A DNA stretch of 64,000 nt from an uncultured virus (IMG/VR IMGVR_UViG_3300037418_000344) (IMGVR_UViG_3300037418_000344), one strand, 5' to 3'; positions 9,805-19,121 are shown, numbered from the stretch's first letter. Notes: generated by a model from the sequence alone, not told the origin. Numbers and translations are program-made.

Positions 9805-9833
9805 TTGACAATCTGTGCACTGAGACGTATAAT
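9805..9833 (+). promoter_or_regulatory. consensus sigma70 promoter of endonuclease cassette 1
   Basis: TTGACA-17-TATAAT, perfect consensus. Confidence 0.85.
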
Positions 9834-9905
9834 AATGTTATCTGCGTAGTGCAATGCTACGTTTTGTAAGTCCGTTATCCGACAATCCCTCCAAAAGGAA
9901 TCAAA

Positions 9906-10112
9906 ATGTCCCGTTCGTTCGACTATCAGTCTGCGTCCGTCGATGCTATCGCCGTTCGCCTTAACACCGTGCAAGACCAAGCGTATTACCGGCTAGTTAC
10001 ATACTACACTAAGAAAAACGACAATACAATGCTTGCCAAATTGGCACAAGCTAAGAAACTTTCTAAGATTTTTAAGTTGCAAGCAGAGTATGCCGAGGAG
10101 TTTGGAAATTGA
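9906..10112 (+). CDS. small 'SFDYQ' protein, partner of the endonuclease
   Basis: AAGGA RBS; ungapped similarity to 27125-27316; stop overlaps the next start (TTGA). Confidence 0.75.
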   Translation: MSRSFDYQSASVDAIAVRLNTVQDQAYYRLVTYYTKKNDNTMLAKLAQAKKLSKIFKLQAEYAEEFGN

Positions 10113-10930
10113 ATTGGTATAGACAGCTTAAACCAGATGACGAAATGATAGCTAAATTCATGGCAACAGGGAGTTATCACGAAGGCACTATTTTTAGTAG
10201 AAGCGAGAAAATTTCTGTAAAGTCACGCCGACCGTACTGGAGTGTAACTTGCCCTATTTGCAGCGGCGACGAATACACGCGGAACGGCCTATGTACAGGT
10301 ACGTTTACTGTTACAGGTGACAACCTAAGAAAAGGTTATATACCTTGCAGGTGTGGGGACAAACCAAACTTCACAGAGGAACAATGGCTTTACAGGATTA
10401 ATAAAAGACTGTTGGATAAAGGTGAGCACATATCTTTCGTAAGAATTGATAAGAACGGAGGAATCTCAAAAAGTAGGTTGCATTTGCACTGTGAATATCA
10501 TGGAGATTTTGACATGGTAGTTAACGGTTTTATGTATACTGAAGGTTCTTGCCCATCCTGCGCTAAGACAGGGTTTAGTAAAGCGTTGCCAGCACATCTA
10601 TACGTGTTAAGAATAGAAGGATTGCATGAATCTTTTACAGGGTTTGGGATTTCAAACCGTATAGAGCACAGGCTTAATTTTCATAAAAAGACACTTGCAA
10701 AATACGGACTGTGCGTAACTGAAACAAGGGTGTTTCCTTGTTCGGGCACTGTTGCGTACGAAATTGAAAACCTTGTTTCTGAAAAATTTCCTTTGCTCAA
10801 CCAAGGTATTTCAGGTTTCATCAGAGAAGCGACACATTTGCATTACTTCTCTGACGTGGTAGACCTTGTAGATACTACTCTCCGAAATAAAATTGACGGC
10901 AATATTGCAGCAACGTATCTTGGTCAATGA
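10109..10930 (+). CDS. zinc-finger + GIY-YIG-like putative homing endonuclease
   Basis: CPIC, CRC, CEYHG, CPSC then HLYVLRI...FTGFGISN...RL..H; homologous to 27313-28539; opposite strand to its surroundings. Confidence 0.7.
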   Translation: MNWYRQLKPDDEMIAKFMATGSYHEGTIFSRSEKISVKSRRPYWSVTCPICSGDEYTRNGLCTGTFTVTGDNLRKGYIPCRCGDKPNFTEEQWLYRINKRLLDKGEHISFVRIDKNGGISKSRLHLHCEYHGDFDMVVNGFMYTEGSCPSCAKTGFSKALPAHLYVLRIEGLHESFTGFGISNRIEHRLNFHKKTLAKYGLCVTETRVFPCSGTVAYEIENLVSEKFPLLNQGISGFIREATHLHYFSDVVDLVDTTLRNKIDGNIAATYLGQ

Positions 10931-11390
10931 TGCCTACACAATCAAACCAAGGCGTTCCCCAGTCTTGCGCCTGAATCCATGCTCGGCACGGTTCGCAATA
11001 GTCATTCAGTTTACCCATAATCCGCACGGCAGGCCCGCCAGTACACAGCAGAATATAAAACTCTTCCGGGCTGTCGCCTTCGCTTTTGCTGCAAGGGTTG
11101 TACCATCCGGACCTAACTTGTACTTCCAATGCATCCTCTTGGATACGCTCGCGGGCTTCGTCTTCGGATTCGTTGCCGTTTGCAGCCTCTTCCAGTTCGC
11201 GCAGTTCTTCAAGCTCATCAGGTTGAATCTCTTGACCATCTTCCCCGGCAACTTGAATACTATTATCGCGGATATCACGCAATTCTTCCAGACGCTCATA
11301 ATCAACGTTCAGGGCACCAACCATGTTATAGATGCTGGTAGCTTGTGCAACAGCTTGTTGGTATGCGTGATTTTTGTCTTGTTCGCTCAT
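10875..11390 (-). CDS. acidic hypothetical phage protein
   Basis: 171 aa, ILLCTGGPAVRI..QDWGTPW; GGAG RBS. Confidence 0.75.
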   Translation of the reverse strand: MSEQDKNHAYQQAVAQATSIYNMVGALNVDYERLEELRDIRDNSIQVAGEDGQEIQPDELEELRELEEAANGNESEDEARERIQEDALEVQVRSGWYNPCSKSEGDSPEEFYILLCTGGPAVRIMGKLNDYCEPCRAWIQAQDWGTPWFDCVGIIDQDTLLQYCRQFYFGE

Positions 11391-11440
11391 GGTGTTCTCC
11401 GTTGTGTTTGACGCGGCATCATTGCTGCATCCATGACTGA

Positions 11441-11469
11441 AGTATGCGCCAGTGGATAAAGCGTGTCAA
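11441..11469 (-). promoter_or_regulatory. sigma70-type promoter
   Basis: TTGACA-17-CATACT. Confidence 0.7.
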
Positions 11470-11926
11470 GCACAAAAAGCGAAAATGTTCAAAGAAAGTG
11501 CAGTCAGAGAGAAATGTACTGTGTTTTGGGTAGTAAGTAGGATTGTTATCGAGCCCTATATAGAGCGTGGCACCAGCTTCACTATCTCGCAAATTGTTAT
11601 CACGATAAGCATTTTGAACACCTCGCCCCTTTACATTTTCAAAACGTATTTTCAGCCAAAAGAAATAGCCCGCACAAGGCGAGCCAATAAAAATTTCCAA
11701 AATTGTAGAATGGGCCTCGTTGATCCCAGTATGTTGCGAGTCCCGATTCGACACCCAATTTTCCCATCTGTTCTTCTACTCAATTCCAAAACCATTTCTA
11801 ACGCCCTGCCAAAATAGCTTCCCGCTTTTCTTTCAAATGGTGTTCGTATTGCGCCCAATCCGCAAAAGCAATGAAGCAAACCATCCCAATTCCGATTGCA
11901 ATAAAAGTTTTCTTCACATCATTCTC

Positions 11927-12202
11927 CTAATAGTAAAGGCACATAAGACCGATGAGTGTCACTACAGTGCCTAGCCCAACAAGCATTGGCGATAGCTTAT
12001 AATCTTTCGTAGTGATTAGCTCGTAAGACAAATACCCTGCGAAGGTAATAATTGCAAGAGACAGCACCTTTGCCAGATTGTTTAGCTCTTGCGCCTGATT
12101 CAAAAGTAGCAAGCCAAACGAGTAAACGAACAGCGTTGCAAGTGTGTATGCAAAATGCTTTACTGTCACAATTGTATTATCCACAACATTCTCCTTATTC
12201 AT
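11927..12202 (-). CDS. membrane protein (about 3 TM segments)
   Basis: Three hydrophobic stretches; AAGGA RBS before MNKENV. Confidence 0.6.
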   Translation of the reverse strand: MNKENVVDNTIVTVKHFAYTLATLFVYSFGLLLLNQAQELNNLAKVLSLAIITFAGYLSYELITTKDYKLSPMLVGLGTVVTLIGLMCLYY

Positions 12203-12546
12203 GCTGCATTCCTTTTCACTCGTCGGGCTTCCATACCTTGAAAGCTCCAATAGAAGGGATCAATACTCATGTGCGTATTGAGTAGCCTAACACGGCCCCT
12301 TGTGCCATAGTTTTTAAGCACAACGTATTCTTCGTCGAATAGGGTTATAATCTCCTCCCGCTTAAAAGGCTCCTCCTTGTTAGTGGTGCCAATTGCATTT
12401 CTCATCACACTTCCTTTCCTTCAAATAATCTCGCCACAATCTATGACGCTCGTTCACATCGTTCTCGCAATAGATTATACCTAAGAAGAAACCTGCAAGG
12501 AAGCACACAACCATCAAAATAATAACGTACAAAATTGATAACTCAT

Positions 12547-12756
12547 TCATGGCATGATAAGTAGGTAACGAGCAGCTTGAATGAATGTTTTCATTTGCGA
12601 TGGTAAGTCGTATGTGGTGTCGAACTCAAACACTGTGCCATCGTGATAAATCTTAACAGGCCATTCTTTACCAAGTGAATGTGTCTTAATGTAGGCGTAC
12701 AACTCTGACTCGGTAGCCCCCATTATTGTGATTTCATCCCTAGATAGTTCAGCCAT
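12547..12756 (-). CDS. hypothetical protein
   Basis: AAGGAG RBS; promoter TTGACT-17-TACCAT at 12785-12813. Confidence 0.65.
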   Translation of the reverse strand: MAELSRDEITIMGATESELYAYIKTHSLGKEWPVKIYHDGTVFEFDTTYDLPSQMKTFIQAARYLLIMP

Positions 12757-12821
12757 CCCGCTCTCCTTGTTTGTTTATATGCACATGGTAGAGTGGAAAT
12801 GGCTGTTAGTCAAGTGGAAAC

Positions 12822-13424
12822 TTAGCTATTTTTGAAATTGTCGATGTAGGTGATGAGGGCGTTCAACGAGTGCAAAATCGCAGTATGAGATGCGGCATCA
12901 TCGTACTCCTCCAATAACTCTTGGAACTTCGGATCGTCGCCGATACTCGCCGTCTTCCGTTCTGCCGGTTTGCCATAGCCCATGTCGCATTCCTGCGCGA
13001 TGTCGACAAGCTCTTGAAGCTTCGCGTGTTTCAGTTCGCGCTCAAGCTGGCGGATACGCTCGGCATACGGGGCGATGGCTAGATTCGCCAACTCCCGCCA
13101 ATATTCGCGCTCTTCGTCTGGTTCGTTGCCGCTGGGCGTATGGCGGCAGTCTTGCGCGGTATCCCAGTTATCCCATCCGCTATGTATTGCCATCGCTTTT
13201 GCTACCGACTCCACCGTCGGCAGTTCTTCCACGATAGGGGCGGAGACAGGAGCAACTGACGTATCTACGGTGCGGCGAGCGGCTTGCCATGCGCCCCATG
13301 CTGCTTTGGCCAGAGGGTAGTGGTAGCCTTCGCCATTCACGTCCATCGTCAGTTGAATGTGCTTCCCACGCGCCCAGACCTCAAACGCCGCGCGCTCTGC
13401 GTCCATGTTAAATTCAGTGCTCAT
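12822..13424 (-). CDS. hypothetical phage protein (GC-rich patch)
   Basis: ERAAFEVWA...AWGAWQAAR motif common in proteobacterial prophage proteins. Confidence 0.7.
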   Translation of the reverse strand: MSTEFNMDAERAAFEVWARGKHIQLTMDVNGEGYHYPLAKAAWGAWQAARRTVDTSVAPVSAPIVEELPTVESVAKAMAIHSGWDNWDTAQDCRHTPSGNEPDEEREYWRELANLAIAPYAERIRQLERELKHAKLQELVDIAQECDMGYGKPAERKTASIGDDPKFQELLEEYDDAASHTAILHSLNALITYIDNFKNS

Positions 13425-13678
13425 TGCGGTCCTTTCTGTTCTACTTTGACTGATGGGCGCTCCATACCCGGAACCCATTCAATAAACCCACCTTCTTCGG
13501 CTGCAAGTTCTTGCATTGCGCCATAGCATTCGGGGTGCATCTTTACAGTTCCTACATCGCCGCCATCAAAGAACCGATAGCGTTGGTATGTCTCGCCCAC
13601 TTCGATACGTTGCCAGCACCACGTGCATCGGTGGTTTTTGTTTGCTACATGAGTGGCAGTTTCCGTCTGAGCGCTCAT
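13421..13678 (-). CDS. small Cys/His zinc-binding protein
   Basis: HRCTWC...HPEC; ATGA overlaps on both sides. Confidence 0.7.
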   Translation of the reverse strand: MSAQTETATHVANKNHRCTWCWQRIEVGETYQRYRFFDGGDVGTVKMHPECYGAMQELAAEEGGFIEWVPGMERPSVKVEQKGPQ

Positions 13679-14442
13679 GCCTTCTTCTCCTGCTCAGCGC
13701 TTGCGGCGATAGCTGCGTCGATTTCTTCATCACGAATAGGGAATACTTCGGGGTCGTCATTCCACGTGTTCCAAGCGATGCGCTTCCAGGTGTCGAACGG
13801 CTGAGTGCGCAACCAGCGATAGCGCGCTGCATCCCGCTCGGTATCCTCGCCAGCATTCGATGCATGGGATGCGCCAGAATTGGCGAGGGCGGCGCGGAGT
13901 CCAGCCCGACATGCGGCACGAGGATCGACCGTGCCGAATGGCTGCTTGTCCGCTGCTTCGATAAGTTCCCTGCTCGCGCTTGCCGTGGAGGCCGCAGGGC
14001 TGATGACTTGCAACGTGCGGAACTCGTAGGCGTCTGCCCAATGGGGCATGCGCTTGATGCACGTTTCGCCGTCAGCATCGCAGTCGGTCCAAGTGCCGCC
14101 TGCCTTGTGGCGCATCTGATGAACCAGTTCAGCCGCTCCAGCCTGCTGTGCGGTCGGTGCAAAATACAGCTTCGTTCCTACGGGAAGATCGAACAAGTCA
14201 GGTCCGTTCGAACTCCAATCGATCAGTTTGCCGTAAGGGCCAAGTTTGACCTCTCCGGCAGGTGCTTCGGGCGCGGCTTGCTGAACATCCTTAAAATGCT
14301 CAAGCACGATGTCAACAGCAGCGTGGCGTGCGTCACGATGTCCTAGTTTGTATGTAAGCGTCTCGTCTTTTGTCCACGCTTCACTAATTCCTGTGTACGG
14401 AATATTCATAATTGCCATGTTAAGCTTGTCAATGTCTGTCAT
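13675..14442 (-). CDS. hypothetical phage protein (mosaic)
   Basis: YKLGHRDARHAA and ERDAARYRWLR motifs of proteobacterial phage proteins. Confidence 0.7.
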   Translation of the reverse strand: MTDIDKLNMAIMNIPYTGISEAWTKDETLTYKLGHRDARHAAVDIVLEHFKDVQQAAPEAPAGEVKLGPYGKLIDWSSNGPDLFDLPVGTKLYFAPTAQQAGAAELVHQMRHKAGGTWTDCDADGETCIKRMPHWADAYEFRTLQVISPAASTASASRELIEAADKQPFGTVDPRAACRAGLRAALANSGASHASNAGEDTERDAARYRWLRTQPFDTWKRIAWNTWNDDPEVFPIRDEEIDAAIAASAEQEKKA

Positions 14443-14443
14443 A

Positions 14444-14704
14444 TCATTCTCCTTGATTCTTCATTGCACGGATGGCCGATGCGCAATCACCTGCACCTGT
14501 TGCTGCATCATCACGAAGCTCAGGCCATTTACCGCCCTGCATTTCGTTGTAGTTGTCCTGAACCTTCTCAGCAGCTAGTGCAGCACGTTCCAACACAGCA
14601 TCTTCAATAGCACGAGCAAATGCAATATCATCAGGTAGGCAGAAGGTATCTGCAAAGCGAGCAGCAATGATTTGTCGAATATCGTCGTCGGTAAGTTTGG
14701 TCAT
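14444..14704 (-). CDS. hypothetical phage protein
   Basis: FARAIEDAVLERAA...CASAIRAM motif. Confidence 0.65.
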   Translation of the reverse strand: MTKLTDDDIRQIIAARFADTFCLPDDIAFARAIEDAVLERAALAAEKVQDNYNEMQGGKWPELRDDAATGAGDCASAIRAMKNQGE

Positions 14705-14711
14705 GTTATTC

Positions 14712-15044
14712 TCACTCGTAAACAGTTTGTGCAGGAATGGTTTTCTCTTTGATGTATCCAAATTTAAGCAGTAAAGGAACCCATGCAGATTCCGGTTGTG
14801 ACCATCCGTCAAATCGATCTTTAGACCGTTGCCACCAAGAATAGTTTAGACAAACAAGGTCGTGCATATTATCGATTTGTGACACTTCGTTATATCGAGC
14901 AGTAGCAACCCAACAAACAGAATCCCATTGCACAGTGATGCCGCTGCTTTTGTAAAAACCTTTGATGTAAAACTTCCCACCTTTGCGCAACACTACTTCG
15001 ATGTCAGCTTCAACAAGTTGTTCGATGAAATCTGGAATGTTCAT
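14712..15044 (-). CDS. hypothetical protein
   Basis: AAGGA RBS; promoter TTGACA-17-TACACT at 15079-15107. Confidence 0.7.
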   Translation of the reverse strand: MNIPDFIEQLVEADIEVVLRKGGKFYIKGFYKSSGITVQWDSVCWVATARYNEVSQIDNMHDLVCLNYSWWQRSKDRFDGWSQPESAWVPLLLKFGYIKEKTIPAQTVYE

Positions 15045-15122
15045 TTTGTTTCCTTCTTATGTTTGTTAAGACAGAATAAGTGTAGAGATAAGAATCTTAG
15101 CTGTCAAGAGAAAATTGAGCAC

Positions 15123-15150
15123 AAAAGAAAAAGCCTCTCTTCGGAGAGGC
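15123..15150 (-). terminator. intrinsic terminator
   Basis: GCCTCTC/GAGAGGC stem followed by a T-run on the minus strand. Confidence 0.75.
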
Positions 15151-15208
15151 AAATGCACAACGAGGGTTGTTGTTATCGTCTTGGCGGGACGTTATCTATG
15201 CTCAGTGA

Positions 15209-15874
15209 TTACATGACGCCTTTCAAAAGCTTCACCAATTTCAAAGCAAACTGAAGTTCTGCCTCACTCACTTGCTCGGGTGTGATGCCGGGGCCGGGTA
15301 CAGCAGGTTGAAGCAGGGTGGTCGACTCAGCAGCCACTTGACCCAACTCGGAAAGGTAGCGCTTCATTGCGGCCTCGCTACGTTTGTTCGATTTTTTGGT
15401 GTAAGCACGCTTCGTCTTAGCTTTCTCTCCCGCAGAACGAACAACCTTCGCACCTTCAGGATTGGTTGCTGACGCAACATCCTTCCTCTGTTCCGGCTTG
15501 TTCGTCTCCTTGTCATGCATTTCCTGCGCAAGCTGTTGCAGGGTTTCCGGCTCATCTTTCTTCTCTTCGTCCTTCTGAACAAGCACAAGGTTAGCATCGT
15601 TCAGTTTGCGCGGAAGAGGCTTCGTTTTCGGAAAGCGTTGACGAACTAGGATATCATGCTCAGGAATGTTCTCGTGTTTGGCGTACGCACGAGCCACTTG
15701 CAATGCTTGTTCAGGGTTCAGATGCTCAGTGTGCATGTAGAAATCGTAGCCCACTTCAACAGACTCACCATTCATGAACGCTTTCAGGCGTCCGTTGCCG
15801 TTCTGTTTCGACTCCACGTCAAAAATCACTGGCGTGTTCGTCAGGGGATAGATGCGAGCGATAACCTGTTTCAT
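15209..15874 (-). CDS. hypothetical protein in its own transcription unit
   Basis: AAGGAG RBS before MKQVIAR; promoter TTGACA-18-TAAGAT at 15978-16007; terminator downstream. Confidence 0.7.
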   Translation of the reverse strand: MKQVIARIYPLTNTPVIFDVESKQNGNGRLKAFMNGESVEVGYDFYMHTEHLNPEQALQVARAYAKHENIPEHDILVRQRFPKTKPLPRKLNDANLVLVQKDEEKKDEPETLQQLAQEMHDKETNKPEQRKDVASATNPEGAKVVRSAGEKAKTKRAYTKKSNKRSEAAMKRYLSELGQVAAESTTLLQPAVPGPGITPEQVSEAELQFALKLVKLLKGVM

Positions 15875-16019
15875 GATGTTACTCCTTATATAGTGTTTGA
15901 TTACGTTAGATTGCTTTGCCAGCTTCGACAGCTTTGCTTCTTGTATTGCATCGCTGTGTTGCGCTGTCGATGAATGCATCTTATCGCTACTTATATTCGG
16001 CTGTCAAGAATTTTTTCGT

Positions 16020-16625
16020 ACAACCCCTATCTTTCTGTTCAGAATCGTGCTAGGCAGTGAATTTCCACATCTCACCTGTATGCATAAACAGTTGTTATCC
16101 TGTCCACGTAAGCCAACTCCTACAACATTCTTACAATTCTCACCAAAAAGCGTGAGAATTTGCTGTACATCTACAAAAGAAAGGCGTAACGTGATTGTAA
16201 TTCTTACGAACCCTATCTTCTGTGAGGTAGATAACGCTCAAACAACGATGACGCCCTATCAGAACTACTAGGGCACATGTGGAACATGTCTCGTCACACA
16301 GGCGTAACATGACATATAGGGAAACTGTCCCTCTGCGAAATCTCACATACTAGGTGGGGTAAGGTGATGTTTTGCCTGAAAGAAACAGCAACAATGCTGT
16401 AATGGCGAAGCTTTGTCTAAAACTTTTGAAAGCTGCTCTAGAAGCGGCAGGGAGGGGCTTGCACCGTTCGGTGCTGTGTAGAGGAAGGGCGCGTTTTCAG
16501 AAACGTGTTTTTGAGGATGATGAACGGGCAAGAGGGGCAAGCTCCACACAGTTTCCCGGTAGAGCCTACCCTATGCGTTGATCCCAAGGGTGCTACGTCA
16601 GTGGTTCGGCACCTAATTTTTACTT
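16020..16625 (+). ncRNA. putative large structured non-coding RNA
   Basis: No credible ORF; many hairpins plus long-range helix GGGAAACTGT(16319-16328)/ACAGTTTCCC(16548-16557); G-U pairs favour the + strand; ends are approximate. Confidence 0.55.
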
Positions 16626-16649
16626 GTATTCATTTCTAGGATTTAGAAA

Positions 16650-17279
16650 TCATTTATTAGCCAGAGCAACCATACGCTGCCCAAAAAACACAACTTTCTG
16701 TGCGTCGTACAAACCATCATCGTAGCCCTTCTTAGCAACTCCGAACTTGCGTGCCGCACAAGAGCGCCAGATGGCTTTGAAAGCATTCCCTTCAGCATAG
16801 TTCATACCAAGAGCTTCGATGATATCGTTGCACTCAGCGGTGTAAGGTGCTTTGTCCGGGTCTGTGGGATTGTCTACTGGCACGGTGTAGTAGCTGACGG
16901 AACCACCCGTGTACTCATCGTCTTGTTGTTCCACTTCATCTTCTACAATTTCAAATCGGTGTTGCGACCAAGAGCATTTCATACCTTCAAGATAGAAATC
17001 GCATGCATCGTTCCACACGTTTTCGCCAATCGCAGTGTAAACTTTTCCTTCCTCAAGCTGTTCTTCTGCGTTCATGTTGTCAATGCAACGTACACGGAAC
17101 GGAAATTTTAGTTGCTCTTTAATCACTTCGCAATGCTCAGGGCCAATACCTACGTTCTTATCCTCTACAAGTGGGTAGTAATCATAACCGCCTCGGTGCA
17201 CTGGCTTGCTCTCCACTTCGTATTCTTCCCCCACTTTGTACCAGTTGTCATCTGTGACACGGGTTACTCGTACTCGCAT
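16650..17279 (-). CDS. DUF3310-like protein with two N-terminal SH3-like repeats
   Basis: ECNDIIEALGMNYAEGNAFKAIWR...DAQK; AGGAGG RBS. Confidence 0.7.
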   Translation of the reverse strand: MRVRVTRVTDDNWYKVGEEYEVESKPVHRGGYDYYPLVEDKNVGIGPEHCEVIKEQLKFPFRVRCIDNMNAEEQLEEGKVYTAIGENVWNDACDFYLEGMKCSWSQHRFEIVEDEVEQQDDEYTGGSVSYYTVPVDNPTDPDKAPYTAECNDIIEALGMNYAEGNAFKAIWRSCAARKFGVAKKGYDDGLYDAQKVVFFGQRMVALANK

Positions 17280-17310
17280 GATTCCTCCTAAAATTGTTGT
17301 GAACGTGTGT

Positions 17311-17414
17311 ATGATGGCACAGTAGAGCTTCTATGTCAAGCCCCTCTGCGTAAGATTTCTAACAACAGCCGTAAGAATTTTGCGCTTGACATGATCTTCA
17401 TCGCAGCCTACAAT
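17311..17414. promoter_or_regulatory. divergent sigma70 promoter pair at the strand switch
   Basis: Minus: TTGACA-17-CATCAT (17311-17339); plus: TTGACA-17-TACAAT (17386-17414). Confidence 0.75.
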
Positions 17415-17441
17415 GAGCGAACATTTTGACAAGGAGGGTGT

Positions 17442-17771
17442 ATGAAGTTTGAAAGTAAGTTTAACATTGGCGATGTGGCGTATGTTTTCATGCATGGTAC
17501 TAAGTGGCCACAGAGTGTGACTATCGGGCAGATTCGCATAACGCACACCGACAGTAAGGGCGATAGTTCTTATAGTTTCGGTGACAACTATAAGCCACAA
17601 AAAGGATATGTTGAGGAATACATGTGCGACGAGACGGGCGTTGGTTCTGGCAGCGTGTTTCAGCTAGGTAAGAACATTTTCGCAACAAGTGAAGAGTGTG
17701 CACAAGTGTTTGCAGAAGAAATTCGTAAGATTGAGGAGCTAGAACGCCAACAACGTGAGTATGACAAGTAA
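17442..17771 (+). CDS. hypothetical protein
   Basis: AAGGAGG RBS; first gene after the promoter. Confidence 0.7.
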   Translation: MKFESKFNIGDVAYVFMHGTKWPQSVTIGQIRITHTDSKGDSSYSFGDNYKPQKGYVEEYMCDETGVGSGSVFQLGKNIFATSEECAQVFAEEIRKIEELERQQREYDK

Positions 17772-17842
17772 TCTAAACTTCGCCGGGAAGCAAGCTTGCG
17801 AGCACAACTTGAAGAGATTGAACGGATCAAAGCGGAGGGCGT

Positions 17843-18160
17843 ATGAACATCTCAGTAGGTTCAGTTTGTGTGACAATAAATAAGAATGGTTTCTTATATC
17901 CAGAATTTGTCGGACTGGAGTGTACTGTTTCAGGTGGTCGCGCTCGGCGTTTGACAACAGACAACAAGGGTAATAAAGGGTATCTAGATTGCTACGTTGC
18001 AGAATTTCCAAATAAGGGTCAATACTTGGTAGCACATGAAAATCTAATCGTCAAAAAATTCCCACCAAACACAGATGCATGGCTGCGAGAGAAGATGAAC
18101 AATTTGCTGTACAGGGTTCCTGCTAACATTCTTAACGAGGATGCTCATGACAAAGCTTGA
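17843..18160 (+). CDS. hypothetical protein
   Basis: GGAGG RBS. Confidence 0.65.
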   Translation: MNISVGSVCVTINKNGFLYPEFVGLECTVSGGRARRLTTDNKGNKGYLDCYVAEFPNKGQYLVAHENLIVKKFPPNTDAWLREKMNNLLYRVPANILNEDAHDKA

Positions 18161-18359
18161 AATTATTACACATCTTGTTGCTGCTGAAGTAGCACGTAGC
18201 AATTATAGCTTACGGTTTATGAGTGAGGTTGATGCAAGGGCCGCTGCAAAGCTTGCAGATTGGATTTTGTTTGTAGCTGCTGAGGAGGATAAAGATGACG
18301 CAAGAACAGCATCGCAGGGCTCGTGAGGAGCTTGGCTGGCCGATCAAAGGGCAAGACCA

Positions 18360-18773
18360 TTGAGTGGTGCAGGGGCCGTCCTCCTCGCACTTATGCTAGC
18401 GAGTGGTGCACAAGCTAAAGTGTCGGACAACGCCTGTTTAGCATACGTAGCAAAGCGTGAATCGGAGAACCAGCCGTTGCGAGCCGTACGTGGAGTTGTG
18501 GAAGTTGTGCAACACAGGATGAAGAAGGCACACAAGAGTTGCAAGGCTATTGTATCTCAACGAGGGCAATTTTCTTGGTGGCACAAGAGTGTTAAGATGA
18601 AAGTTGAGCCTGACTGGTTGACAAGGTACAATGAATCGCGTAAGCTTCGTCCCGTGTTGCCAGATTGTGCTGGGTTCTTCCATTCCACAGATGTGCAACC
18701 GTCTTGGGCAAGGAAGATGAAAAAAGTTGCTAAGTTTGGTAAGATTGTTTATTATTGTGATGTACAAAATTGA
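18360..18773 (+). CDS. SleB/Hydrolase_2-like cell wall hydrolase
   Basis: CLAYVAKRESENQP...V.EVV.HR...QFSW...FFH...PSW; N-terminal signal-like stretch. Confidence 0.75.
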   Translation: MSGAGAVLLALMLASGAQAKVSDNACLAYVAKRESENQPLRAVRGVVEVVQHRMKKAHKSCKAIVSQRGQFSWWHKSVKMKVEPDWLTRYNESRKLRPVLPDCAGFFHSTDVQPSWARKMKKVAKFGKIVYYCDVQN

Positions 18774-18782
18774 GGAGGGGTT

Positions 18783-19121
18783 ATGAGCGTTAATCACAGT
18801 GCGTTTCTTGGCATTGGTCGCAGGATGTCAAGCGAAGACGAGGTTAAGGAATTTCTTCTAGAACATTACAACAGGCTTGAAAAATGTCATGTTGAACAAC
18901 TGAATGCAGGTTGGGATTTTGATGAACTTATTCCCTATCTGGAGGTCGATGTAAATTGCCTTGATTGCTATAATGGCGATGATTGGTTTGTTGGCTTCCG
19001 TGTTGGCAAAACTCAACAGGCTAATGAGCTTTCTGACAACGTGGCAGATGCAGTAAACCTTTGGGAGCAGGGGTTTCCCGGTGTTGAAGGTCGTGTTGTT
19101 TGGGCTGTGGTTCATAGTTAA
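18783..19121 (+). CDS. hypothetical protein
   Basis: GAGGAGG RBS. Confidence 0.65.
   Translation: MSVNHSAFLGIGRRMSSEDEVKEFLLEHYNRLEKCHVEQLNAGWDFDELIPYLEVDVNCLDCYNGDDWFVGFRVGKTQQANELSDNVADAVNLWEQGFPGVEGRVVWAVVHS

Noticed and set aside
13516..14346. 276-aa + strand ORF and other long antisense ORFs (e.g. 34472-35404, 39555-40595, 57666-58715, 59301-60536)
   Set aside because: Shadows of well-supported genes on the opposite strand; no RBS or recognisable motifs
16140..16581. Short ORFs inside the structured gap
   Set aside because: No RBS, mutually overlapping on both strands, and no protein-like features
16562..16610. GAGCC...TATGCG...GGTTCGG resembling group II intron domain V
   Set aside because: Spacing and pairing do not fit the ~34-nt domain V; no interrupted gene or maturase nearby
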